The notes: a model not told the origin generated them from the sequence alone. A stretch of DNA of 63,995 nt, filler included, from Octopus bimaculoides (GCF_001194135.2; 6 parts of 6 records of this genome joined end to end with filler, not necessarily neighbours in it); one strand, 5' to 3'; numbered from the whole stretch's first letter, positions 11,690 to 25,705 are shown. Translations and numbers: made by a program.

Positions 11690-12130
11690 CATCATCATCA
11701 TCATCATCGTCGTCATTTAACGTCTGCTTTCCATGCTAGCATGGGTTGGACGATTTGACTGAGGACTGGCAAGCCAGAAGGCTGCACCAGGCTCTAATCT
11801 GATCTGGCAGAGTTTCTACAGCTGGATGCTCTTCCTAACGCCAATCACTCCTGCCCCACTCTTTTCATTCCTCAGCCTGTGTTCTCTCTCATACTGACTC
11901 TATTATATCTTGAGGGTATGCTCTGACTCTTCATCACCAAGATCTTTTTCTTTTTTCTAGCTACTCCTACCCACTCCTGTATTATGCAGAATAGCCACAT
12001 CTCTTCTGTAGTAAGTAGTAAGACATCTGTGCCTGTTCCTCCATCATATTTTAGCATCTCAACTACTGGCACAGAGCTATCTCCTTCATTGCTATAACTT
12101 CTCTCGGGTGAATGGGGCTTCTTTTCCAAA
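11690..12130 (-). mobile_element. RTE 3' tail plus adjacent decayed RT-like fragment
   Basis: 11690-11855 matches the tail of 8770-8935 in reverse. 11870-12130 translates ...VVEMLKYDGGTG...IQEW..., weakly similar to the RTE 'AEMLK.SG..G...EW' segment. Confidence 0.55.
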
Positions 12131-12337
12131 GTTACTTTGCAATCATATTATGTAAAATGCACCCAGTACATTTTGTAAAGTGGTTGGCACTAGAAGGGCA
12201 TCCAGCTATGGATACTATGCTAAAGTAGGTATTGGAGTTCAATGCAGTTCTTTGGTTTGTTAGATCTTGCCCAACTGTCCAAACCCATCAGCCCATATCT
12301 GCTTGGACGGCAGATGTTAAATGATGCTGCTGCTTTA

Positions 12338-12375
<38 letters not shown>

Positions 12376-12442
12376 CATACACACACACACACATGAATCC
12401 TGCCTCTTAGAATGTACATTCTTATATGTATTGGGTAGCACT

Positions 12443-12727
12443 CTGTCGCTTACAATGACAAGGGTTCCAATTGATCTGATCAACAGAACAGCCTCTCCAA
12501 CACATGTGTACCCTAAGATACATAGTTCTCAGAGAGATTCAGCGTGACGCAGAATGTGACAAGACCAGCTCTTTGAATTAAAGGTACTACTCATATTTGC
12601 CAGCTGAGGGGACTGGAGTCAGATAAAATAAAGTGTCTTGCTCAAGGACACAATGCACCACTGGGAATCAAACTCACAACCTTACGGTCATGAGTGAACA
12701 CCACTTACCACTAAGCCACGTGGCTTG
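12443..12727 (-). mobile_element. tRNA-headed SINE family C
   Basis: Minus strand CGTGGCTTAGTGGTAAG (box A)...GTGAGTTTGATTCCC (box B) followed by GTGTCCTTGAGCAAGACACTTTA; body fragments also at ~11490-11590. Confidence 0.7.
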
Positions 12728-13239
12728 TATGCATTAAGATTCAGTTATAAGACTAGGTTTTAAGAAAGTTATCTCATGTTAAAAGACTGCCTCTAAAGAT
12801 TTCCATCTGACCCAAGCCATAGTTAATAGTTTTTAACCCTTACCTTGTGAGTGATGCTGGGTGGACAGAAACTGGGAGTCCATTGAATGAATACCTTGTT
12901 TATAGAACCAGCCTTTTTTTGTTGTTGTTGTTGTTGTTTTGGAAACTCTGTCCTGCTGATTTCACATTATATTAAGAGTACAAGTGTCTGTGGAATATTC
13001 AACCATTTACACTATTATATAATTAGTAACCAGTTCAGTTGATCAAATAACTGGAATAGTCTCAGTCAAAACTGACAGATATCTATTTTCTTTACTTTGT
13101 GTGTGTGTAGTTAGTTATGTGTGCATGTAGAAAATAAACAAGTTGTCAGCTTGTCTAAGTAAACACATTACACAGACTCATTGAAGGAACTTCTTAGCTT
13201 TCTGGAATGATTTTAATTTTACAAAGAAGTTTAAAGTTT

Positions 13240-14240
13240 CAGCCTCTTCTCTTTCTCTCTCTGACTATCTCTCTCTCATCCTCTTTCTCTCTCTCTCATC
13301 CTCTTTCTCTCTCTCTCATCCTCTCTCTCTCTCATCCTCTCTCTCTCTCATCCTCTCTCTCTCTCATCCTCTCTCTCTCTCNNNNNNNNNNNNNNNNNNN
13401 NNNNNNNNNNNNNNNNNNNNNNNNNNNNNNNNNNNNNNNNNNNNNNNNNNNNNNNNNNNNNNNNNNNNNNNNNNNNNNNNNNNNNNNNNNNNNNNNNNNN
13501 NNNNNNNNNNNNNNNNNNNNNNNNNNNNNNNNNNNNNNNNNNNNNNNNNNNNNNNNNNNNNNNNNNNNNNNNNNNNNNNNNNNNNNNNNNNNNNNNNNNN
13601 NNNNNNNNNNNNNNNNNNNNNNNNNNNNNNNNNNNNNNNNNNNNNNNNNNNNNNNNNNNNNNNNNNNNNNNNNNNNNNNNNNNNNNNNNNNNNNNNNNNN
13701 NNNNNNNNNNNNNNNNNNNNNNNNNNNNNNNNNNNNNNNNNNNNNNNNNNNNNNNNNNNNNNNNNNNNNNNNNCTCTCTCTCTCATCCTCTATCTCTCTC
13801 TCATCCTCTCTCTCTCTCTCATTCTCTCTCTCTCTCATCCTCTCTCTCTCTCTCATCCTCTATCTCTCTCTCATCCTCTATCTCTCTCTCATCCTATCTC
13901 TCTCTCATCCTCTCTCTCTCTCTCTCTCATTCCTTCTCTCCCCATCTCTGATTCCCTTTCCCTAACTCTTATTGATTCTCACTTTCTCTCTCTTTTATTC
14001 CCCCTTGCTCTCTTTCTCACTCTCTCTCATTCCCCCCTCTTTCTCATTTTCTTTCTAATCCTTTTCCCTCTCTTTAACTCCCTTTCTCATTCCCCCCTCT
14101 CTCTCTCTTTCATTCTTTCTCTCCCCATCTCTCAATCTCTCTCTCTCACTTTCTCTCACTCATATTCCTCTTGCTCTCTTTCTCATTCTCTCTCTCTCTA
14201 ACTCTCTCCCTGCCTCTCTCTCTCTCTCTCTCTCTCTGAA
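13240..14240. repeat. Compound (CT)n-ATCC satellite
   Basis: Repeats of CTCTCTCTCATC(C) with 12-16 nt period on both sides of a gap. Confidence 0.9.
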
Positions 14241-14658
14241 CCACAACGTCTCACATCCTGTTTCAAAAGCTTTCTGTATTAATAAATAATAATTTACCTG
14301 TACTATAGACGAAGGTGTTTAGTGTACTGACTGACTGAAAGATGAAACTAAACAACCTTGCCTGCCAATGGGTTTATTTTGATTCACTTCATCATCATCA
14401 TCGTCATTCAGTGACCACTTTTCCATGCTTGCATGGGTGAGGCAGAACCTGTTATTTGTTATGGCAGGTTTTCTACTGCTGGATTCCCTTCCCGCCACCA
14501 ACCCTTGTCTGTTCCCAGGAAAGGTGATATTCCCCCATAACCACACATACTTAACATGAAAGACTACAAATAACAAACAACCCCACTTGTATGATGGTGA
14601 TGCTCATTTACAACCATCACATGATGCCAGGACAAGAGTGCATGCACACACACACATG

Positions 14659-14699
<41 letters not shown>

Positions 14700-15113
14700 N
14701 NNNNNNNNNNNNNNNNNNNNNNNNNNNNNNNNNNNNNNNNNNNNNNNNNNNNNNNNNNNNNNNNNNNNNNNNNNNNNNNNNNNNNNNNNNNNNNNNNNNN
14801 NNNNNNNNNNNNNNNNNNNNNNNNNNNNNNNNNNNNNNNNNNNNNNNNNNNNNNNNNNNNNNNNNNNNNNNNNNNNNNNNNNNNNNNNNNNNNNNNNNNN
14901 NNNNNNNNNNNNNNNNNNNNNNNNNNNNNNNNNNNNNNNNNNNNNNNNNNNNNNNNNNNNNNNNNNNNNNNNNNNNNNNNNNNNNNNNNNNNNNNNNNNN
15001 NNNNNNNNNNNNNNNNNNNNNNNNNNNNNNNNNNNNNNNNNNNNNNNNNNNNNNNNNNNNNNNNNNNNNNNNNNNNNNNNNNNNNNNNNNNNNNNNNNNN
15101 NCTATAATTTATT

Positions 15114-15154
<41 letters not shown>

Positions 15155-15529
15155 GCAGGCTTCTTTCAGATTCTGTCTACCGAACCTTTACACAATGTTT
15201 TGGTTGGCCTGGAGTTTGAATTTTAGCCACTTGCCCAAGGTGCTGTAGTGATATTGAACCTGAGACGACATGGTTGGGAAGGAAACTTCTTAACCACACT
15301 ACCATGTCTGTACCTACACTTATACCTTATCAATGTGTACTCATATAATATCTCTTAATTTCTTCATACACTCCTTGCTGTACTTTATTATTGTTGCAAG
15401 TGTCTATTGGAATACTCAGCCATTTAGTGGGGTCAATAATTTATGTTATCTGACCAATTTTTGTTTCTTTAAGAGAATATATATGACGAAGTGTGTTGAA
15501 GTGGAAATGGTACAACCAGAGAGGAGCAG

Positions 15530-16400
15530 GTGAATATAGCCTTCTTCAAGTGGCTACAACCAAGATGTGTTTCACGGCATCGCAGCAAGAATCTCTATTC
15601 TCTCGTTGATTTTGGTTGTCTTTCAGTTTCCTGTTTGTCTCTACTAATAACATCAATGCAGGTTAATGGTCTTCATTCTCCATTAGAGGGCAAAAATCTA
15701 CAAAGGATATCATTTGCTATGGCTTTTGTTCATCACAATAGCAGTGGCCAGCGAAATTTACTCTGTGTTGAATCACAATAATAGAGATGGATGGAATGTG
15801 TCTTTAAACCTTTTTTTTAGTCTTGTGCTTATACCATGAAATGTTTTGAGTCCTTGGTATATGTGCCATCAAGGTAATTTTGAAGCTCTTTCTTCATAGT
15901 TCAGGTTTCAGCTCCATAATGGAGAATGCTCTCAGCACATGCACTAAAGAAGGCCAACCTTGTTAACTTTGAACTACTTGAATTTGAAATGGTTTGAAGC
16001 TTGTTAAACACACTCCAGAATTGTCCCTTACATGTTAGGAAGTTTGTTTTATTGCCAGCAATATAGACTCACCATCAAGTAGAAGCAATCAAGACATCAA
16101 TACAACTTGTATCTTTCTGATTTGACCATCTGAGGATCTCATTATCACATAAGACTTGTTAATACCCCTTAGAAATGTTGTGGTCAAGATCAATCTGTTT
16201 CTCAATGTAAAGAGGACTGGGTACTTGACCATCAATTAAGACAAAAGCCATCTGCTAATTTGTTCCAGTTATGGCATAAAGCTCAACAGTCTTGAAGACT
16301 TAATTGGTTCTTAGTTTTGTTGATATTTGAAGGCTGAGATTGGTGTTCATAATGTAAAGAGATGATATTGCATGTATGGTTCTACCATCCATTGCTGTTA
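15530..16400 (-). pseudogene. Decayed 3' portion of an RTE-type LINE ORF2
   Basis: Minus strand TRLAFFSACAESILHYGAET*TMKKELQNYLDGTYTK matches the conserved 'ESILLYG.ETWT.....LDG.YT' post-RT motif; many stops and frameshifts. Confidence 0.7.
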
Positions 16401-17004
16401 TTGCTAAAAGCAGTTATATTAATTTCTTGTATTATCTCAAAGTTACACAGTTATAAGGAAGTCATACACTGGGTTGAATCAACCCTTGTATATAACTGGT
16501 ACTTTTTGCAAAATAAAAATTGAAGTTATTTAACCCCAGATAAGGCCATGATAGAACATAATTATGATCAAAGACATTTCATCCATGACTGTCTTGTCTA
16601 TTTTGTATATCAGTGATTACATTGTCTGATGTGTCTTTATTTAAGGCAATCAGATGTGATTTGAAAGAGGTTTAGTTACTATTTCTAGCAGTTAAATTGT
16701 CACTGTAGAAGCTCCATCACTGATGTTTGTGGTGATATTTTTATTGGATTTAAAGTGTATTGTTAAATCTAATCCTTTTCTAAATCACAATTATCTATAG
16801 ATCTGATACATGTTACTAATTTCCACCACATTAAGGGATGAGTGATAAAACTCCCCTGGTCAGAACATCAGTCTATCACAGGTAGTATTTCTCAGAATTG
16901 AAGCAACTTTTGTCTTTTTTTTTTATGGCATTCTATATAGAGAAATAGTGTTGTCAACTAATGTTTTTCTAATATTTCCTGCATTGTACGGAATTTCAGC
17001 TGTC

Positions 17005-17412
17005 TTTACGTTCTGAGTTCAAATTCCTTCAAGGTCAACTTTGCCTTTCATCCTTTCGGGGTCAATAAATTAAGTACCAGTTGCATACTGGGGGGTGGGG
17101 GTGGGTCGATCTAATCGACTGGCCCCCTCCCTCAAAATTTCAGGCCTTGTGCCTAGAGTAGAAAAGATTATTTCCTGTATTGTATTATAATGTGTTCCTT
17201 AAGGCAGCAAGCTGGCAGAATCCTGAGCGTGTCCAGAAAATGCTTCACAGTATTTCTTCTCACTTTACTTTCTGATTTCAAACTTTGCTAAGGTCATCCT
17301 TACCATTTGTCCTTTCGGAGTCGATGAAATAAGCACCAGTTGAGCATTGGGGTTGATGTAATTGACTACACCTTTCCACAAAATTTCAGGCCTTGTGCCT
17401 ATAGTAGAAATA
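17005..17412 (+). mobile_element. Two tandem copies of SINE family B
   Basis: TTCTGAGTTCAAATTCC...AGGTCAACTTTGCCTTTCATCCTTTCGGGGTCAATAAATTAAGTACCAG...AAAATTTCAGGCCTTGTGCCT occurs twice. The core resembles, from memory, a Meta-type SINE central domain (unverified). Confidence 0.75.
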
Positions 17413-18091
17413 ATTATAAATGTATTCCAACAGCTCCCTGTTGTAAATGTCAATGTGTCGTTCTTGTATGCCTGACGTAACAGTTTCAATTTTAAACATT
17501 ACTTCATTCATATTTACATTGAAATTTGTATGTAACATTGTTCATTTGAAGTACCATATTTGATGGCATATAAAATGTGCTTTTTCCCCTTGGAAAATAT
17601 CTCCAAAAGCCAGCTTGGGTCTACATTCAAACCTAAGCCTGCTATAAGCTTTACTTATAAAATCCTATTTTCCTGCTGGAACTGGGATGCTTCTAATATG
17701 CCTGTGCATTTTCCATGCCATCAAATATGGCTGTTCTGTGACTTGCCAGTTTGTAGTTTCATGCTGATAAGAAAGGTTTTCATTCTAGTGTTTTGCTAAT
17801 ATATCTTAACTTTGAGTATGCAGTTAGGTGTAACATGTGTGTTTTTAAGAGTTCTTTTTTTTTTTATTTAATGACTTAATTCATTGATTCTGTAACTAGC
17901 ATGTATTTGGTTCATGCAGTATACCATCCGTATAGCTAGTGTGTACTTATCACCTGTTCTATCTCTGTGTGGGTGAATTTCTTTTCTTGTATTGTTTCTG
18001 TAGCTCTGTCTACTAATCTATTTAGGCACCTATTATTAACTAATGCTTGTTTAAGAAATTTAAAAGCTCCTCTAAGAAGAGGTTCCCCATC

Positions 18092-18778
<687 letters not shown>

Positions 18779-20478
18779 TCATCATCATCTGTAGTTGTAG
18801 TGGTGGTATCAGCCTCATCAATCTATTTTGGGGAGTGAGAAACAAAGATATTTTAGCAGCTTGATCAGTTCTCTATTTTCTTTACTTTGTCCCAATAATC
18901 TTTTTTCTTTCGTCTCCCGTTTCTTCTTGTTTTTCATAAACTCATTTGCTTTTGCTTCCTTTAAAATATTTTTAGAGAATAATATTGATTTTATGTTGTT
19001 AGTTATGTCTTCCTTTGTTGGTTTCTTGTTCTTGCAGTTCTATTAACATGTGCATGTACACATGTGTTTGTATGTGTGCATATATATATATATATATATG
19101 TATATATATGTATATATATGTATATATGTATATATATACATATATGTATATATATATATATATGTATATATGTATNNNNNNNNNNNNNNNNNNNNNNNNN
19201 NNNNNNNNNNNNNNNNNNNNNNNNNNNNNNNNNNNNNNNNNNNNNNNNNNNNNNNNNNNNNNNNNNNNNNNNNNNNNNNNNNNNNNNNNNNNNNNNNNNN
19301 NNNNNNNNNNNNNNNNNNNNNNNNNNNNNNNNNNNNNNNNNNNNNNNNNNNNNNNNNNNNNNNNNNNNNNNNNNNNNNNNNNNNNNNNNNNNNNNNNNNN
19401 NNNNNNNNNNNNNNNNNNNNNNNNNNNNNNNNNNNNNNNNNNNNNNNNNNNNNNNNNNNNNNNNNNNNNNNNNNNNNNNNNNNNNNNNNNNNNNNNNNNN
19501 NNNNNNNNNNNNNNNNNNNNNNNNNNNNNNNNNNNNNNNNNNNNNNNNNNNNNNNNNNNNNNNNNNNNNNNNNNNNNNNNNNNNNNNNNNNNNNNNNNNN
19601 NNNNNNNNNNNNNNNNNNNNNNNNNNNNNNNNNNNNNNNNNNNNNNNNNNNNNNNNNNNNNNNNNNNNNNNNNNNNNNNNNNNNNNNNNNNNNNNNNNNN
19701 NNNNNNNNNNNNNNNNNNNNNNNNNNNNNNNNNNNNNNNNNNNNNNNNNNNNNNNNNNNNNNNNNNNNNNNNNNNNNNNNNNNNNNNNNNNNNNNNNNNN
19801 NNNNNNNNNNNNNNNNNNNNNNNNNNNNNNNNNNNNNNNNNNNNNNNNNNNNNNNNNNNNNNNNNNNNNNNNNNNNNNNNNNNNNNNNNNNNNNNNNNNN
19901 NNNNNNNNNNNNNATATATATATATATATATGTAAAACATACAAGTCTCTTTGAGAAGTTTCTCTGAGACAAAATATAGCTGGCACTATTTTGTTTGTAT
20001 ACACATTAGAAACATTATACACATGGTTATATATAAATAAATGTGTGAGTATGTATTGTGTATATGCATATATATGCATATGCGTGAGTGCATGCATGTA
20101 TACTTTTGTTTATCAATCCATCCAGCCATCCATCTGTCTCTGTTCAAGTGGGTGGATGAATAAACAAAGAGAGTACCTTTAGTTGCTGTTGTGAGTATTT
20201 AGTCACAGGCTGGCTTGGCTCCTCGTCACTTGGTTGGTTACCAGCAGCAAGACATACCCATACACCAAGACATGGAGTCGGAGTAGATCTGAGGTTGTGG
20301 GCACATTCTGGGCTTACAAAACTTGATTGTGGAACTAATCAGCCTGTTATGATGTGTGTGTGTGTGTGTGCATTCACGTATGTGTATATACATAAGTGAA
20401 TATATAAATACATATGTAAACATACTCATACATGCATGCATGTATATGTACATATATATGTGTGTGTGTATAAAGCAA

Positions 20479-21300
20479 AGGAGTGGCTGTGTGGTAAGTA
20501 GCTTGCTAACCAACCACATGGTGCTGGGTTCAGTCACACTGCATGGCACCCTGGGCAAGTGTCTTCTGCTATAGCTTCAGGCTGATCAAAGCCTTGTTTG
20601 TGGATTTGGTAGACGGAAACTGAAAGAACCTTGTCATATACATGTATATATATATATATATATATNNNNNNNNNNNNNNNNNNNNNNNNNNNNNNNNNNN
20701 NNNNNNNNNNNNNNNNNNNNNNNNNNNNNNNNNNNNNNNNNNNNNNNNNNNNNNNNNNNNNNNNNNNNNNNNNNNNNNNNNNNNNNNNNNNNNNNNNNNN
20801 NNNNNNNNNNNNNNNNNNNNNNNNNNNNNNNNNNNNNNNNNNNNNNNNNNNNNNNNNNNNNNNNNNNNNNNNNNNNNNNNNNNNNNNNNNNNNNNNNNNN
20901 NNNNNNNNNNNNNNNNNNNNNNNNNNNNNNNNNNNNNNNNNNNNNNNNNNNNNAACAAATTGACCCAGGACTTTGTAAGCCTAGTACTTATTCTATCAGT
21001 CTCTTTTTCCTGAACCGCTAAGTTACGGGGACGTAAACACACCACCATCGGTTGTCAAACGATGGTGGTGGGGACAAACAGATGTATATATATATGTATA
21101 TGTTTGTGCATCTGTTTGTCCCCACCACCATCGTTTGACAACCAATGTTGGTGCGTTTACATCCCTGTAACTTAGCGGTTTCCCAAAAGAGACCGATAGA
21201 ATAAGTACTAGGCTTACAAAGAATAAGTCCTGGGGTCAGTTTGTTTGACTAAAGGCAGTGCTCCAGCATGGCTGCACTCAAATTACTGAAACAAATAAAA
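20479..21300. mobile_element. SINE family A cluster including an inverted (fold-back) pair
   Basis: 5' half (+) 20479-20635; 3' half (-) 20955-21084; 3' half (+) 21109-21300. Confidence 0.8.
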
Positions 21301-21359
21301 GAATAAAGAATATAAATTTTTTTATATGTTAGTTGATTTATTCTAGAGTTTCTTTGCCC

Positions 21360-22000
21360 TTCTTGTAGATGCCGATGATACCATACACCAGTCATAGACA
21401 TGACATCTTGCTGTATTTTTTGATTGATAAAACAAATGACTGATTCATGTCTTACTTCACCAGGTATTTTTAGCATTTCAGCAACTATCTTAGCATCTCC
21501 AGCTACTTGCCTTTGGTTTCAGATCCCTAACATCTCTCAACTTTAATAGCTGGTCCTGGTCCCTCTGTTGGGTTCACTTAGTGTAGTCCCTCTCTTTCCC
21601 ACACAATGTGCATTTAGTAATCTCATGTAACGGTACTCCTTTGCCTCCTTTATCCCTTGTGTCAATGAAAACAGGTGCACTGCTATCATTCTGTACATAT
21701 TTCTCCTCACTAATATTTTGGTTCACCACATGCTTGGCAGATGCTCTGGAACACCTCACATCTTTGATCTTCCTGTCACAGAGCATTGGCAAACATTGTG
21801 CTTTCCATTTCCTGCCATGGCATACAGCTTCTCTTTTTCTTTGCTTCCCTGTTTTCCTTCAGTCTTTTCAAGCCAAGCTTGTCCCTTAACTTTAGCAGTG
21901 CTTTCCTCTGTACCATTCCATCACCATGTCCCCTTCTAAATGACAGAACCATACTCCAGTTACAGACCTGATCTCTTGTTTGCAGCAGGCTGTCGCCATC
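21360..22000 (-). pseudogene. Decayed RTE LINE fragment (EN-RT linker and RT start)
   Basis: Minus strand ...AKEYRYMRLLN...QVAGDAKIVAEMLKIPGEVRHESVICFINQKIQ... aligns with KEVWRRHYERLL...KAPGPSGITAEMLKISGSVGYSLVTHIVNQVI of the 54-56 kb element; stops and frameshifts present. Confidence 0.75.
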
Positions 22001-23391
22001 TCCTCCTCCTCCTTCTTATTGTGTATATCTCCAAGTATAATGAACTTACTATAGTTTGTTAGTGAGGAAGTCTGCAAGAGGAGCCCCCTCCTCCGTATAA
22101 ACTGTCCTTTTATTCATCTGTCAGTCCTAATTGAGATGTATGAGCCAAGATAATTGTAACTAATATGCTGCCTGTCACTTTGTAAGCTTAATTATCCTGT
22201 CTAACTACTTCAGTCATTCTATCCATTCCACTGCTAGCAAAATGTCTACTCTAGCCAACCCAACACTGTTACTCACCCAGAACTTCTTGTACCTGTGTTC
22301 ACTGCCCGTGAGGAACAAGACCCTCTACTATTTCATCTCGTGTTCACAGAACACTTATGCTTCCATTTATGTTGTGACACCTCTGCAATTTATTCAGACC
22401 TGTCTTTTGTCAATGTTCATTGTGGTAGTCTTGTGCATCTGACTTGAAGAGGAAAGTTTCTAGTGATGTCTGTTTTGTGCATCTGCAAAAAAAGGAGAGT
22501 TAGTAATCATCTGATGAGGGTTCAAGGGTCCTTTATACATGACCAAATGTTCCCACCTTATTACCCTTCCGTGGTGAGCAGCACCAATATAGTAAATGGT
22601 TGTCCAGTTGACATTTAAGGGTTTTGTGTTGTGCTTGCGACTGAATCACACACATTCTCATACCTGGTTGCTCACTAGTTTTGTACCTTTTGCTATGACT
22701 TGTTTTGCATTGTATACACCTTGTGGCATTTTTTTACCGTTGCCTTTCATCCTTCAGTTAAGTAATATTGGTGTTAGAATCAACTGCTTTTTTTTGGCCC
22801 TACAAAAATTGATGCCCTGTATTTGACAAAATAATTTCGAGCATCTTACAAAATGCTTTGTGGTATTTGTTTTGATGTTTTATGTGCTCTTTCTCATCCT
22901 GTTATCAATTTTGCTTTCATTTTTCTGGGTTAATAAAATACCAGCCAGGAACTCAGATTGATGTAATTTATCATTTTGCTCCCGCAAATTTCAGGCTTTG
23001 TGTTTGAAATTTGGGGAAACAAGACAGTCATTGAGGGCTGTGGGGCTGGCAAAATCCTTGAAGCATTGGACTGAATGCCTTGTGATATTGAATTATGACT
23101 ATGTTCTGACTTCAGATCTCACCAAGATAGAATTTGTTTTTCATCCCTCCAGGGAGCTTTGGTCAACAGCTGGTGTTGATATAATCTCCTGTTCTCTGCC
23201 CTCAAAATTTCAGGTTTTGTGTGTATTTTAAGACAATAATAATAATTTTTTGTTGTTGTTCTTGCTATTACTAATACTTCGTTTTGTTTATTGTAGGTAA
23301 GTCCCATTTTATTGAGATTGAACTCTTGATGATCTTGTTTAGGGTAAGACACATTTATTTATAACTCTCAAATTGATGTTTATGTGCCACA

Positions 23392-23434
<43 letters not shown>

Positions 23435-23719
23435 TTTTCTCTTACTCACTCATTGTCACACCTGGTTGCTTAATGAATTAAGAAGAAAGAAGTGATGGAT
23501 GGGGCGGTCTTGTCAAATACATCCCTCTGTTAAATTCTTTCAGGCTTCTCTTGAAGTGGAACATAAGAGACAAAAAGATAAATAATGTACAGAGTTTAAG
23601 TCATCATAAGTGGTACTCACTGGTATTGTGACTTGCTCCTTTTAGTTGACTGTTCTTTTCATAAATACTTCTATTGTTTGTCAAATAGTCATTTGGTATA
23701 ACTTATTCTGTCACACCCC

Positions 23720-23756
<37 letters not shown>

Positions 23757-24836
23757 TTGTTTAAAAGAGTTCCAACACTGTCTGTTTTTTGTTTTATTTA
23801 TATTCCTGCAGAACCAATGTGGGGTATAGAATATGGAATATACAATATATAATATAATATACAATATATAATATAAAATAAAATAAAATAAAAATGGATG
23901 GCACCATGAAAGAAAGTATTGAATGTAGATGAAATATTGAGTGTTCAATATAAAGGATCAAATATATAAATATAAATATATAAAGGCGACTCGNNNNNNN
24001 NNNNNNNNNNNNNNNNNNNNNNNNNNNNNNNNNNNNNNNNNNNNNNNNNNNNNNNNNNNNNNNNNNNNNNNNNNNNNNNNNNNNNNNNNNNNNNNNNNNN
24101 NNNNNNNNNNNNNNNNNNNNNNNNNNNNNNNNNNNNNNNNNNNNNNNNNNNNNNNNNNNNNNNNNNNNNNNNNNNNNNNNNNNNNNNNNNNNNNNNNNNN
24201 NNNNNNNNNNNNNNNNNNNNNNNNNNNNNNNNNNNNNNNNNNNNNNNNNNNNNNNNNNNNNNNNNNNNNNNNNNNNNNNNNNNNNNNNNNNNNNNNNNNN
24301 NNNNNNNNNNNNNNNNNNNNNNNNNNNNNNNNNNNNNNNNNNNNNNNNNNNNNNNNNNNNNNNNNNNNNNNNNNNNNNNNNNNNNNNNNNNNNNNNNNNN
24401 NNNNNNNNNNNNNNNNNNNNNNNNNNNNNNNNNNNNNNTTCCTCTATACACAATCATACAAAAAAACCACCTTTTTTGTATTTATTTTTACTCGCATATA
24501 TATATATATATATATATATAAACAAATAGTAAATGAGTATATGCATATATACGTACAGGTATGTGCATGCCAACATCCACCTGTATGTATAGGTGCATAT
24601 CTGGATACAGGACATTGCAAACAAACGTAGACGAGAAAACACACGAGCCACATAGAGAACATTCTACTTCATCAGCTAGCCACGTTTTAACACCGGCGTT
24701 TCGACGAGCTTCGGGCAGGACGCATCGTTAAAACGGCTCATCCCATGGACCACAGATTAAATTTGTATGCGCAAATTAAATCTAGCCGTGTGTGGGTATA
24801 TATATACATATATATGTGTGTGTGTGTGTGTGTGGG

Positions 24837-24873
<37 letters not shown>

Positions 24874-25088
24874 ATATATATATATCATTGTGAATAAATG
24901 ACATTTATAACAGAGCAGATTATAAAAACCCTTACATGCCTAGAAATAGCAGTCAAGACCACTAGGAAGCCACTACAATCACTCATATTCAATCTCCTCA
25001 ACTATAAATACTGTCGGCGAGTGACTTGACATAAGAAACCAAAATTTAAATAAAAATAAAAGGTTAGTCCTTTACTGCAATTTCAAAG

Positions 25089-25133
25089 TTAGGAACCAAG
25101 AATGGATCCATTCTTCTCTTCAGAAAGACATTC
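25089..25133 (-). CDS. Candidate terminal exon (ECLSEEKNGSILGS*)
   Basis: Acceptor tttttgtgttgatttctatgtacag|GAA; phase 0, compatible with the 26108-26158 exon. Confidence 0.35.
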   Translation of the reverse strand, partial: ECLSEEKNGSILGS

Positions 25134-25339
25134 CTGTACATAGAAATCAACACAAAAAACATACCTCTCTGTTATAATTGTGATTTATACACAATTATAT
25201 ACTCTTCTTTGACAAAATAAATTTTTGATTGTATGTTCTGGCCACTGATATAATCGTAAATACTTTTGAATTGTTTACAATATATCCTAAGTAATGTATT
25301 TTTACACTCATTCCTTTTTATATATATATATATATATAA

Positions 25340-25705
25340 ATAGCACCATTTGAGCATGATCGTTACCAGCGTCGCCTTACTGGCACTTGTGCCAGTGGCA
25401 TGTGAAAAAAACATTCGAGCGAGATATTTGCCAGTGCCGATGGACTGGCTCTTGTGCAGGTGGCATGTAAAAAACACCATTTTGAGAGTGGCCGTTCCCG
25501 GTACCACCTGACTGGCCATTGTGCAGGTGGCACGTAAAAGCACCCACTACACTCTCGGAGTGGCTGGCGTTAGGAAGGGCATCCATCTGTAGAAACTCTG
25601 CCAAATCAGATTGGAGCCTGGTGCAGCCACCTAGTTCACCAGTCCTCAGTCAAATTGTCCAACCCATGCTAGCGTGGAAAGCAGACGTTAAACCATGATG
25701 ATATA
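25340..25705 (+). mobile_element. RTE 3'UTR/tail copy
   Basis: Same GCCAGT..ACTGGC modules and terminal ...GCAGACGTTAAAC(C)ATGATGAT as 8540-8935. Confidence 0.8.

Noticed and set aside
17936-18090. DGEPLLRGAFKFLKQALVNNRCLNRLVDRATETIQEKK frame
   Set aside because: Starts inside (TG)n with no acceptor; no family recognised.
18999-20097. Long ORFs (200-360 aa) spanning N gaps here and at 9.9-10.8, 13.2-14.0, 14.6-15.2, 23.8-24.6, 42.2-43.2 and 52.5-53.2 kb
   Set aside because: Open only because N runs and (AT)n/(CA)n repeats lack stops.
22290-22483. Strong minus-strand acceptor (CTAAC...ttttgcag) at ~22483
   Set aside because: All three frames close within 25 codons and no partner exon was identified; cannot be called.
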